Virus record (IMG/VR): IMGVR_UViG_3300001687_000013
Span: 1-64,000 of that record
Source of the DNA: a virus
Taxonomy: Duplodnaviria; Caudoviricetes
DNA length: 64,000 nt
Strand: one strand, 5' to 3'
This document shows positions 1 to 8,186 of this stretch, in pieces. Both the position numbers and the translations under genes were made by a program. Below the pieces are notes generated by a model that did no database searches, was not told where the DNA came from, and saw only the letters and a program-made list of their open reading frames with translations. Numbering within the stretch: the stretch's first letter is position 1; the number at the start of each line of letters is the position of its first letter.

Positions 1-20
1 CTCATAAGAAAGGATAAGGG

Positions 21-248
21 ATGAAAGAATCTCCTATAAGATCCCATAACAGTTATTGTCCATGTGATTGTAAATATTTTAGGGAGACTACATTTGATCA
101 CAAGTGTAGATATTATGAAGTAATGTTACAAGAGGGGCCTATTACCCATGCAACTCCCAGGTGCCACGATTGTAAGTGGACTGATCCTGTATGGGTTGAT
201 TGGTGGCATCCAGATAAGAGTAAGAGGAAGAAACATGAGACACTTTGA
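21..248 (+). CDS. Cys-rich hypothetical protein
   Basis: ORF with upstream AAGG; CPCDC...C...CHDC; overlaps next gene. Confidence 0.6.
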   Translation: MKESPIRSHNSYCPCDCKYFRETTFDHKCRYYEVMLQEGPITHATPRCHDCKWTDPVWVDWWHPDKSKRKKHETL

Positions 249-495
249 AAGACCTATATTTTTTGGTGGGCCAGGGGTTAAAGACCAGGTAAAAAAACTA
301 CATGATCAGGTTGATCATGTCCTTGATCTTATGAGTGGTATGCAGCAACCCCCACATTGTAGAAATGAACAAGAGGTTAAGGAAGAAGAAATGTTCAGAG
401 AAAAAATTAACAAAGAGATGTATGAGACTATTTGTAATATTGTTTTGGCAATGGGGTATTATATTTTTGATATGGATAGATATTATGACTCCTGA
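235..495 (+). CDS. hypothetical protein (start revised to MRHFERP)
   Basis: GAGG RBS before ATG at 235; overlaps neighbours. Confidence 0.55.
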   Translation: MRHFERPIFFGGPGVKDQVKKLHDQVDHVLDLMSGMQQPPHCRNEQEVKEEEMFREKINKEMYETICNIVLAMGYYIFDMDRYYDS

Positions 496-649
496 AGAAG
501 AGAGATTTGTTGAACTGTTCTCGGATCTTGTTAGCCTAAAGAACCTAAGAGCATATCATGAAAGTGTTGTTATAGAACTTAACAGACGGATTAATGAATT
601 ACAAAAAGAGTTTGACTCGATGAAATTGGATGATTCTTCCGATAAGTAA
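485..649 (+). CDS. small coiled-coil protein (start revised to MTPEEER)
   Basis: ATG at 485 overlaps the previous gene end; heptad-like sequence. Confidence 0.55.
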   Translation: MTPEEERFVELFSDLVSLKNLRAYHESVVIELNRRINELQKEFDSMKLDDSSDK

Positions 650-666
650 TTAAGGGGGAATAAATT

Positions 667-867
667 ATGAGCAGACTATATACAGAGGAAGAAATTGAAG
701 AGATCCGTAAAGAGTACCGTGAAAAACATGGGACTATCTACATAACCTGTGAAGTTTGTAAATTCTCATATGAACCCTGGGAATATTCCGAGTGTCCTAT
801 ATGTTATCGTAACACTTACGTTAAACTGTTGAAACGTAATAGAGTAAAGAGAAAAAGGGATGCATAG
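667..867 (+). CDS. zinc-ribbon protein
   Basis: AAGGGGG RBS; CEVC...CPIC. Confidence 0.65.
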   Translation: MSRLYTEEEIEEIRKEYREKHGTIYITCEVCKFSYEPWEYSECPICYRNTYVKLLKRNRVKRKRDA

Positions 868-889
868 AATCCTCTTCCATGCATCCCTT
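855..889. terminator. hairpin between convergent genes
   Basis: 11-bp inverted repeat AAGGGATGCAT / ATGCATCCCTT at the +/- junction. Confidence 0.6.
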
Positions 890-894
890 AATAT

Positions 895-1245
895 TTACTT
901 TATCCATTTAAACTCACCAAATTCATATTTGGCTTTTGTATCATTAGCATAATCTATAGCTAACTGATCCTTGTCTTTTTTACTGATGAATACTCTTACT
1001 CCAAATTCCTTTTCATACATCTTAATTCCAGCATCAATAATTCTCCCAAAGGCCCTTGCAGCTAACTTAGTTTCATAAGTACCTTTGTCTAATATTTTTA
1101 ATAGGTGTTTTACTGTTGGGATATAATATTCTTTATACCATTTCTGGGTATTATCCATATACATTTGAAGATTCTCAGGATCATTCATAATCTCTTCAGA
1201 GTCCATCTCTCCTATGAGTGTCAGAATATCTTTTGATTTACTCAT
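895..1245 (-). CDS. leader-bearing hypothetical protein
   Basis: revised start MSKSKDILTLIGE. Confidence 0.75.
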   Translation of the reverse strand: MSKSKDILTLIGEMDSEEIMNDPENLQMYMDNTQKWYKEYYIPTVKHLLKILDKGTYETKLAARAFGRIIDAGIKMYEKEFGVRVFISKKDKDQLAIDYANDTKAKYEFGEFKWIK

Positions 1246-2650
1246 TATCTTTTTTCTCCTCATCCTTAGGCTTAGTGCTCAAAACAAATTTTTTGCCTGG
1301 GTTTACCATAACCTTAGCTTTTTTCATAAAATATCTATTCAATAAAATAGGGGAGATCTTTGTTTCACGGTTAGTGAGAGTACATTTTATATTTGGATAC
1401 AAATCGTTATTAAATTCAATATCGAACTTTACAACTGGTCTCTCTTCCGTATGATCGTGAAATCCTCCAACTTCTGTATTCTGGATTTCTACCAGATCTC
1501 TTTTATATTTCTTACCCTTAAATGTCCAGGTAACAGTCTTTTTCTTTTCATCCATTGTGTATTCATCAGCATGAAGAGCACAATGATTACCATTGCCTGT
1601 ATCCAGCTTGGCAACAATGTCCCCGAACTCTTTTATGTGTATAGTCTCAAGATAACCACACTCCGTTGCTTTATATGTCCAGTTATTCTTATCACTAATA
1701 TAATCCAAGACCACTGAGACTATATCCTCTTTTGTAGCCTCTTCTATCCCCTCAGTCCCAGGGGAAGAATTTACTTCAATAACTCTGAGACCATCTTTTG
1801 TAGGAATAAAATCAACTCCTACCCATATTCCCCCCACTGCTTTAGCAGCTAACAAACAAGCCTCTTCCTCTTCCTTGGATAATTTATATTTCTTAACCTT
1901 TCCTCCCAGGGAGAAATTGGATCTAAAATCATCCTCTATAACATCACGTCTCATAGCTCCAATAACCTTGTCACCCAGGACGTGTGCCCTAACATCAAAA
2001 TCAGTTGGAACATACTCTTGAATTAAAAGCTCTGCTTCTTCATCAATTTTCCATATGACTTGAAGGATAGATGTGAGAGATTTCCTTGACTCAACAAAGA
2101 ATACTCCAATCCCATGAGACCCACTAAGCGTCTTTACAACAATAGGAAATTTGTCACCAATAATCCCCAAGGCATGATCAATACTTTTCTTATTTTGTAT
2201 AAGTGCAGTCTTTGGAGTGGATACTCCAATATCTGCCAACTTCAAAATAGTTCGATACTTATCTCCACATATTTCCATACAATCCCTATAATTGATACAG
2301 AAAAGTCCTGCTTTTTCAAGCTGGGAAATTAAGTCTAAAGTAGATCTAAATTTAGTTACAGACCCACGAACTAAAGCAACCGTTTCATGAGGATTAAACT
2401 CAAAATCTTTATTGTCTTCTGAACTGTGAATTATATATGAAACACTGTTTACCCTCTCAATAGTAGCATCATCAACAAATACTATATAGTTGGGGATCTT
2501 CCTTTTATCACAGGTCTCTTTAACTCTCCTGGCAGTAGTAAACAACTGATCCTTATTCTCTTCCGAACGACTTGTTATTATTAGGATTTTGAAGCCTTCT
2601 TTGGGGGCAGCTTCATAAAGCTTTTTTACAAATGAACTTGATTTATTCAT
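1238..2650 (-). CDS. rimK: RimK-family ATP-grasp ligase fused to C-terminal retropepsin-like (RimK-associated) protease; leader-bearing
   Basis: DKY, PKT, VVKTLSGSHGIGV, LIQEY, FRSNFSLGG, GVDFI, IEVNSSPG; C-terminal AKLDTGN...RPVV...LLNR; N-terminus MNKSSSFVKKLYEA. Confidence 0.9.
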   Translation of the reverse strand: MNKSSSFVKKLYEAAPKEGFKILIITSRSEENKDQLFTTARRVKETCDKRKIPNYIVFVDDATIERVNSVSYIIHSSEDNKDFEFNPHETVALVRGSVTKFRSTLDLISQLEKAGLFCINYRDCMEICGDKYRTILKLADIGVSTPKTALIQNKKSIDHALGIIGDKFPIVVKTLSGSHGIGVFFVESRKSLTSILQVIWKIDEEAELLIQEYVPTDFDVRAHVLGDKVIGAMRRDVIEDDFRSNFSLGGKVKKYKLSKEEEEACLLAAKAVGGIWVGVDFIPTKDGLRVIEVNSSPGTEGIEEATKEDIVSVVLDYISDKNNWTYKATECGYLETIHIKEFGDIVAKLDTGNGNHCALHADEYTMDEKKKTVTWTFKGKKYKRDLVEIQNTEVGGFHDHTEERPVVKFDIEFNNDLYPNIKCTLTNRETKISPILLNRYFMKKAKVMVNPGKKFVLSTKPKDEEKKDNE

Positions 2651-2655
2651 ATATC

Positions 2656-3153
2656 CTACTTCTTGAGAATTTTCAACACGAGTGACTTGTCATGTAAAAG
2701 CTTATTAACAATATATTGGGCCTTGGTTTTATCCATCCCATATTTAGCCATTACATACCGTTCCATCTCATCCACTTTTTTAGCATTCATAAGCTCCAAG
2801 AAATCTCTATCTTGAAGCAGTTCAGTAAATATAGGTTCTATAGGTTGTTGAATCCTTACAATCCCTACAGCCATTTTTGTAGGTTCTCCTAAATCATCCC
2901 TGGTGGTTACTCCTGTGTCCAGTCCTTCCTTCAATTCAAAGTCTGCTGAGAGAACAGGCATAGAGAAAACTTCATATCCACGATCCAGGGGTTTTACTTC
3001 CATACTTCTTCCAGAGGATCTAATGACTTCAAATCGATCCCCCTTAGCAATACGAACTTTTTTATCTGTACAATATGTAGAGACTCTGGCCCGAACAACA
3101 TCCCCAGGTTTGAACCCTTCGATTAATTTCAATGTGTAAGTTGATTTATTCAT
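2656..3153 (-). CDS. leader-bearing protein with SH3-like N-terminal domain
   Basis: MNKSTYTLKLIE then FKPGDVVRA...KGDRFEV. Confidence 0.75.
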   Translation of the reverse strand: MNKSTYTLKLIEGFKPGDVVRARVSTYCTDKKVRIAKGDRFEVIRSSGRSMEVKPLDRGYEVFSMPVLSADFELKEGLDTGVTTRDDLGEPTKMAVGIVRIQQPIEPIFTELLQDRDFLELMNAKKVDEMERYVMAKYGMDKTKAQYIVNKLLHDKSLVLKILKK

Positions 3154-3317
3154 TATTCAGGCTCCGTGTCATATCCGTGGCACTTTGGACAACGTACCTC
3201 ATAAGTATTCTTACTTAAATTCTTGGTGAACTTATGACCACATTCCATACATACCATTTTCACTTTTTCTTCGACAATATCCAGAAGCTCTAATATCTTC
3301 TTTGCAATACCTATCAT
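3153..3317 (-). CDS. leader-bearing zinc-ribbon protein (54 aa, not in ORF track)
   Basis: hand translation MIGIAKKILELLDIVEEKVKMVCMECGHKF...CPKCHGYDTEPE; GGAGG RBS; overlaps both neighbours. Confidence 0.75.
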   Translation of the reverse strand: MIGIAKKILELLDIVEEKVKMVCMECGHKFTKNLSKNTYEVRCPKCHGYDTEPE

Positions 3318-4525
3318 TTCATCATACCTCCTGTTGGGACTTCCCCTAACATATCTCTCGATGTGCTAACAACCTCTACTCTGGATAATTCTACCTGACC
3401 TTGGAAATCAGAACTTAGTGTTATTCCGTGGAGGTATTCAGTGTCATATCCATCTTTTGTGACCTTTGCTATAAAAGGCCCGTAATCCTTTGTAGGATTG
3501 GTGTCTAAGTTAAGTTTAAAATCTTCTGTATAAGACCCAGTATCATCAGGCCAGGTCTTTTGGCAATAGGATCTCTCTACCACCTGCTGAACTATGTTTC
3601 CATTGGAGTCAGTCATTACTGAAAATATTTGATCCCAATCAATATTAAATAGAGTAACAGTAGCATTTGGAATTGGGACTCCCCTACTATCTACTACCTT
3701 AAAATTAAATCTATGTTCACGTACAACCTTTGGGTTTCCAGTGACCCAGTATCGAAAGTTGACTTCCCAATTGTCAACATCAAAACCCTGACCCACATAA
3801 ATTGTTTTCTCGTCTGTACCACTGAAATGATCCTGAATATTTACCAGGGATTCATATTCTCTACAGTAGAGGTCTGTGACATGTTTCCCGTTCATCCACT
3901 CATCAGGTGTAATAGGCCAATAACCTACATTAAATATTTTGTCCCTTAATCCAATAGATTCAGGAACAAAAGATGAATAACCACGATAAATATTTTCAAG
4001 TGTATTGTTGTAATCACTTACCTCATTTCCACCCAGGAAATAACATCCATCTAATCGATTATTCCATAGACGACCCTTTGTACATGCAATTATACCAACT
4101 TGAGATCCTTTGTTTCTTATAGAACATCCATATAGATGTAATTCTCCATTGGTTTGATCATTCCACATGAGATAGGTTTGTGCTGCTTGTTGAAAGATAA
4201 AACCGACTCCACCAACACAATTATAGATATTCTCATTATTGGTATAACCAAATCTTAAGAATCCACTCTCAACTCTGATTATAAATCCACTACCACCAAT
4301 CATAGGATCAATTAAAGCTTGTTTGGTATCATCTACAACATAACTGTTTGTTATGATAACCCTACATTTCTGATAATACTGGAAGAGGTTTGCCCTAAGC
4401 ATAACATTCCACCCACCAGCTTGATCATATGTGTAAGTATCAGCGAAATAAAAATAAGGTGATCCGAATGTACCTTCCCCATCAATATATACTGTACTTG
4501 ATGGTTGATCATATGTTACTGACAT
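3314..4525 (-). CDS. putative virion protein, beta-helix-like region plus carboxypeptidase-regulatory-like beta-sandwich
   Basis: VVDSRGVPIPNATV...TDSNG...VTKDGY pattern; beta-rich N-terminal part. Confidence 0.6.
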   Translation of the reverse strand: MSVTYDQPSSTVYIDGEGTFGSPYFYFADTYTYDQAGGWNVMLRANLFQYYQKCRVIITNSYVVDDTKQALIDPMIGGSGFIIRVESGFLRFGYTNNENIYNCVGGVGFIFQQAAQTYLMWNDQTNGELHLYGCSIRNKGSQVGIIACTKGRLWNNRLDGCYFLGGNEVSDYNNTLENIYRGYSSFVPESIGLRDKIFNVGYWPITPDEWMNGKHVTDLYCREYESLVNIQDHFSGTDEKTIYVGQGFDVDNWEVNFRYWVTGNPKVVREHRFNFKVVDSRGVPIPNATVTLFNIDWDQIFSVMTDSNGNIVQQVVERSYCQKTWPDDTGSYTEDFKLNLDTNPTKDYGPFIAKVTKDGYDTEYLHGITLSSDFQGQVELSRVEVVSTSRDMLGEVPTGGMMK

Positions 4526-4526
4526 A

Positions 4527-4871
4527 TCATTCTCTCTTCTTCATATTCTTTATGAAGTCCATTACAGGTTTAGCTTCTATTGAGTCATAGACAAGCCTAT
4601 TGTCATAAAACTCATTAATTCCTTCTTGTTCCTTTAATTCTGATTCTTTTTCTTTTCGTGTAATACCTTCCCAATTTCTTGCATTTTTACAATAATAGTG
4701 GTGACAATCCCACTTGGGAGTATTTACACAAGCTTTAAAAAAAGCTCTTTTTTTCTCTTCTGGGAAATTGGGTGTTTCATCGAAGTGCCTGTCATTAACA
4801 CCCCAATAATTTTCCCGTAATCTATGATTATAGATCCTTTCAACATGATGTCTTCTAATGGCACGTTTCAT
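4527..4871 (-). CDS. basic hypothetical phage protein
   Basis: MKRAIRRHH...TPKWDCHHYYCKNAR. Confidence 0.65.
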   Translation of the reverse strand: MKRAIRRHHVERIYNHRLRENYWGVNDRHFDETPNFPEEKKRAFFKACVNTPKWDCHHYYCKNARNWEGITRKEKESELKEQEGINEFYDNRLVYDSIEAKPVMDFIKNMKKRE

Positions 4872-4980
4872 ATTTTTGCTCAATATCCAAACATTCTGTT
4901 CAAAATTTAAACAATAGTGTAAAAATCAGTTCGTTTAATTCTATAAACATCTCCATATTTATAATTTAATGTTGTTTTTG

Positions 4981-4997
4981 TTGGTATGCAATTTGCA
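4981..4997 (+). promoter_or_regulatory. sigma-54-type -24/-12 promoter
   Basis: TTGGTATGCAATTTGCA = TGG-N8-TTGC with exact spacing; followed by AAAGGAGG and an ATG. Confidence 0.6.
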
Positions 4998-5026
4998 TAT
5001 CTATAATAGTAAAGGAGGAAAACAAA

Positions 5027-5116
5027 ATGAACACCTTAATAATCATGATTGCAGCAGGGGGTATGATTTATGTTGCAAATTTATTAAGGTTCACACTGAT
5101 CCGAGTCCTTAGCTAA
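5027..5116 (+). CDS. 29-aa hydrophobic peptide
   Basis: AAAGGAGG RBS; MNTLIIMIAAGGMIYVANLLRFTLIRVLS. Confidence 0.6.
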   Translation: MNTLIIMIAAGGMIYVANLLRFTLIRVLS

Positions 5117-5122
5117 CTTAAT

Positions 5123-5185
5123 CTGGAAAATAGCCCTGGGTCTATGCTTTTAGAGTATAGTCTAATCTGGGCCTTCCAGGTTTTT
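5123..5185 (+). terminator. long hairpin with T-tract
   Basis: CTGGAA...GCCC...GGGC...TTCCAG followed by GTTTTT. Confidence 0.4.
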
Positions 5186-5243
5186 GAAAGTTGATTAAAA
5201 GGTTACAAATGACCGATAAGTAAGTATAAGGAGGATTACAAGT

Positions 5244-5315
5244 ATGATAATAACACCAAGAGTAATAATCTTAGTAATCTTACTTTTAATTGTATTACTT
5301 TTTCCTTTAGCATAA
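5244..5315 (+). CDS. 23-aa single-TM peptide
   Basis: AAGGAGG RBS; MIITPRVIILVILLLIVLLFPLA. Confidence 0.6.
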   Translation: MIITPRVIILVILLLIVLLFPLA

Positions 5316-5326
5316 AGGAGATAACC

Positions 5327-5539
5327 ATGATGATTTGCCCACTTACCCATAAAAAAGCAGTTTTAAAAAACTGTGTAAAAACTTGTCCAGGCCCTTGCCA
5401 AGAAATGAAAGAACTTTCCAAGAAGGAACAGGAAATGGAAAAAGCAGTTGTTGACTTAGCCACAAATATCCTTAGAGAGGAAGAGGAAGCCCGTAAGGTT
5501 CACAAACATGATGGAGGACTGGAAAGTTATGAAGACTAA
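5327..5539 (+). CDS. Cys-containing hypothetical protein
   Basis: AAGGAG RBS; CPL...C..TCPGPC. Confidence 0.65.
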   Translation: MMICPLTHKKAVLKNCVKTCPGPCQEMKELSKKEQEMEKAVVDLATNILREEEEARKVHKHDGGLESYED

Positions 5540-5756
5540 AAAAGCCTATAAAACTGTAATATTACCAGTGACCGTTCCTGACTCCGATTACTGTTGGAGG
5601 AAAGGTCAGATGGTATGTCCATATCTCGATACCTTCAAGAATCCTATTAAATGCAACTTAGGGTTTTGTGGTGTTCACTTTAATGAAAATGGTGTTATTC
5701 TTAAACCTGAAAGCTGTTTAAATCTAAAACCAGAAAGTAAACCGAAGAAAAATTAA
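5529..5756 (+). CDS. Cys-rich hypothetical protein
   Basis: overlaps previous gene; YCW...CPYL...C.LGF...KPESCL. Confidence 0.6.
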   Translation: MKTKKAYKTVILPVTVPDSDYCWRKGQMVCPYLDTFKNPIKCNLGFCGVHFNENGVILKPESCLNLKPESKPKKN

Positions 5757-5899
5757 CAAAATGTCGATAAGTATATATACGGGGGATAACAGAGAATGCA
5801 ACCCCCACCCATCGGCTAAGATCGGGCATGGTGAAATATCCACCCTGGCAAAGGCCGATATTAGAACATGCGTTGTGGGTGACACGATAAACCCTCATC

Positions 5900-5985
5900 A
5901 TCGGGCTTCGGGTCAAGTACCTCTTTTAGGGGTGTAGAGGGAAATGACCATATCCAGTTAATCACCCAATAGGATAAGCTCCGAT
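5900..5985 (+). ncRNA. structured RNA motif A, copy 1
   Basis: closing stem ATCGGGCTT/AAGCTCCGAT; AGTA-CCTCT..AGAGG-GAAA; loop GGGTG complementary to CACCC. Confidence 0.6.
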
Positions 5986-6290
5986 CCAATCCCTGGGGGG
6001 TTTGGAAGGTTCACCTGAAATCTTCCAGTTGTAGGTATCCTTAAACCTTCCGTTGGGGGCTACGTGAGTGCCCCTTTTATAAACCTTTAACTACCCGTTA
6101 AAGCTCAATCTCCTTGAATGGAGAAAGCCAGGGAGGAGGGGAAAACGATGTATTAATATGAAAATATTATAAATCATCGGATAGTTTTAATTTGCCAATT
6201 ATATTGCCTGGGAGTTTTTTCGTGGGTTTTTCTCCTTTGCAAAAAAACCTACATTGATTTTTCTCAGGCTTTTGAAAGTTACTTTATGGT

Positions 6291-6372
6291 AAGGGTCTGG
6301 TAAAGTACCTCTTCTAAGGGTGTAAGAGGGAAAGAAGTTCCGTACAGTTAATCACTCTATAGAGAGACCCTT
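6291..6372 (+). ncRNA. structured RNA motif A, copy 2
   Basis: closing stem AAGGGTCT/AGACCCTT; AGTA-CCTCTT..AAGAGG-GAAA; GGGTG/CACTC; CAGTTAATCAC shared with copy 1. Confidence 0.6.
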
Positions 6373-6420
6373 TTGGGTTGTGGGTGAGCCTTATGCCTTA
6401 ACTTAAAAACCCTCATTATA

Positions 6421-6552
6421 TGTAGTCATTTTTGTAGACAATATTAACTGGGTTCGATTCCCAGTGTCCCGAATGAGTATAACCTACTCAACCCTATTTG
6501 GGATAGGAGAGATGGTGTAATGGAAACACGGTCTACTTAAAAACGTGCCACA
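6421..6552 (+). ncRNA. circularly permuted tRNA-like RNA (YrlA-type Y RNA architecture)
   Basis: GTAGAC/GTCTAC stem encloses a T-arm (CTGGG TTCGATT CCCAG), a closed stem-loop, then a D-arm (GTGT AATGGAA ACAC). Confidence 0.65.
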
Positions 6553-6645
6553 CACGTTGCATGTCCTATCATTGGATAAAGGTTTGTAGATTTTCCTACT
6601 TAAAAATCCTACGTATTGAAAAAATGTTTTTCATAAATTAGAGTA

Positions 6646-6675
6646 AGGGGGAGAGTAACAAAAAATTCTCCCCCG
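6646..6675. terminator. GC-rich hairpin at convergent junction
   Basis: GGGGGAGA...TCTCCCCC. Confidence 0.45.
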
Positions 6676-6798
6676 ACCTCCAATCTTATAATTTCCTCTT
6701 CAGGAATACCCCCCAGAATAAGGCACTCGATTATCACACGACACTTACCCTTTGTAGAGCAACTTGTGTCTTAAAATGGACATGAGGGCCTTATTTGA

Positions 6799-7176
6799 TT
6801 ATCTTAAGAATCCGAACCCAATTATAGACTCTGGATCTATTGTAGGAAGATTCTTACTTGATAAAAAGTTATTTACCTGGTCAATTGTTGGGTTACTTAC
6901 CAATAGTTGTGAATATTCCCAAACAAATTTTTCCACAACCTCTTTGCCTCTTTCTTTATATTCTAAAGCTTTGGCAATTCCAGGATATTCACTGGCCCAA
7001 TATATATTTGTTAAAGCATTCTCAAAGTCATGCATTTTAAGTGCAGCTTGAGTAGCATCAAGACCTGTAAGAAGACCCACGATCCTGCCAGTCATATTTT
7101 CTATTTCTGCATCCAGCAATGTACCCTTTGGTAACACATAATCCAAAACCTCTAAAACTTGCTTTGCCTTGTTCAT
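6799..7176 (-). CDS. leader-bearing hypothetical protein
   Basis: MNKAKQVLEVLD. Confidence 0.8.
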   Translation of the reverse strand: MNKAKQVLEVLDYVLPKGTLLDAEIENMTGRIVGLLTGLDATQAALKMHDFENALTNIYWASEYPGIAKALEYKERGKEVVEKFVWEYSQLLVSNPTIDQVNNFLSSKNLPTIDPESIIGFGFLR

Positions 7177-7178
7177 AA

Positions 7179-7463
7179 TTAATCCAATCCTAAATTTTTA
7201 GCCTTATTTTTATCCCATACTACTTTTACTTTTGATCCTGCCCGTTTCATGGCCCAGGGAGATTTATCACCAAAAATCTTGTCATGTAGACTCATCCTGA
7301 TCTTATTGGCTTTATCAAAAGCATCTTTCACTTCTGGGGATACCCCACCAAAACTTAAACCATTTACAAAATCAAACCATTCAGCATAAATTTCAGCATC
7401 ATACTGACTGGGATATTTCTTTTGTTCATCTATTTCTTTTAACACTTCCTTAGCTGTCTTCAA
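7179..7463 (-). CDS. leader-bearing hypothetical protein
   Basis: (TTG) MKTAKEVLKEIDE. Confidence 0.8.
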   Translation of the reverse strand: MKTAKEVLKEIDEQKKYPSQYDAEIYAEWFDFVNGLSFGGVSPEVKDAFDKANKIRMSLHDKIFGDKSPWAMKRAGSKVKVVWDKNKAKNLGLD

Positions 7464-7714
7464 CCTTTTGCCTCCAACTCTTTTATTATTGAGTTTATTC
7501 TGTCAGTTGATATATTATTTCTTTGGAGAGTATTTTTGAATTTTTCCTTATCATGAAATATCTCCATATGACTACCTCTATATACTACGTAATATTTTTC
7601 CTTATCAATATATTTTCCTAAAGACTTTATACCACACCCATATATCTTTTCCAGTGGAATATGTGTTTGGTTCTGCTCAGATATTATGTCCAGTACGTCT
7701 CGTGCTTTAGTCAT
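7460..7714 (-). CDS. leader-bearing protein, paralog of 7714-7956
   Basis: MTKARDVLDIISE; GK...KEKYYV...DKEKF. Confidence 0.8.
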   Translation of the reverse strand: MTKARDVLDIISEQNQTHIPLEKIYGCGIKSLGKYIDKEKYYVVYRGSHMEIFHDKEKFKNTLQRNNISTDRINSIIKELEAKG

Positions 7715-7956
7715 TATCCTAAATCTTTCATTAATTTGGATACCATGTTTGCTGGTAGATTAACTTCATTCCTCAGGACGGATCTAAACTTTTCCTTATC
7801 CTTATATGTAGACTTTCCACCATTCTTGGCTATTACATAATACTCTTCTTTTCCTGCAACTTTACCAACTGCTTTAGCATCGGCACCAGGCCAAGACACA
7901 GGAAGTTCAGTTTTATTTGCTTCTATAAGACTGAGTATATCACTTGCCTTAACCAT
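7714..7956 (-). CDS. leader-bearing protein, paralog of 7460-7714
   Basis: MVKASDILSLIEA; GK...KEEYYV...DKEKF. Confidence 0.8.
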   Translation of the reverse strand: MVKASDILSLIEANKTELPVSWPGADAKAVGKVAGKEEYYVIAKNGGKSTYKDKEKFRSVLRNEVNLPANMVSKLMKDLG

Positions 7957-8186
7957 TATCTGTCACCTTTTTCAAAACCAATGCAATACTTTATGATCTG
8001 CTCTTCCAACTTCATAGCATCTTTAGCATTTGCACAATATAGATAACCAATATCTTTACCACCCTTGCTCTTTATGACAACATAATCTGCTTGTGGTTCA
8101 CTGGAACCCCTTATGGCAGTGACAATACCAAGTTTTACTGCTTCGTCTATTTCTAATAGCTCTTGTATTTTCTTTACCTTATTCAT
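7956..8186 (-). CDS. leader-bearing hypothetical protein
   Basis: MNKVKKIQELLE. Confidence 0.8.
   Translation of the reverse strand: MNKVKKIQELLEIDEAVKLGIVTAIRGSSEPQADYVVIKSKGGKDIGYLYCANAKDAMKLEEQIIKYCIGFEKGDR

Noticed and set aside
5701-5916. Minus-strand 71-aa ORF over the RNA island
   Set aside because: TTG start, atypical composition, overlaps structured plus-strand elements
5900-6372. Hammerhead ribozyme, RNase P RNA or c-di-GMP riboswitch
   Set aside because: No CTGATGA core, no GAGGAAAGTCC, and no GEMM two-hairpin consensus recognisable
6421-6552. Ordinary tRNA-Leu gene
   Set aside because: T-arm precedes D-arm, and no T-arm follows the CTTAAAA loop
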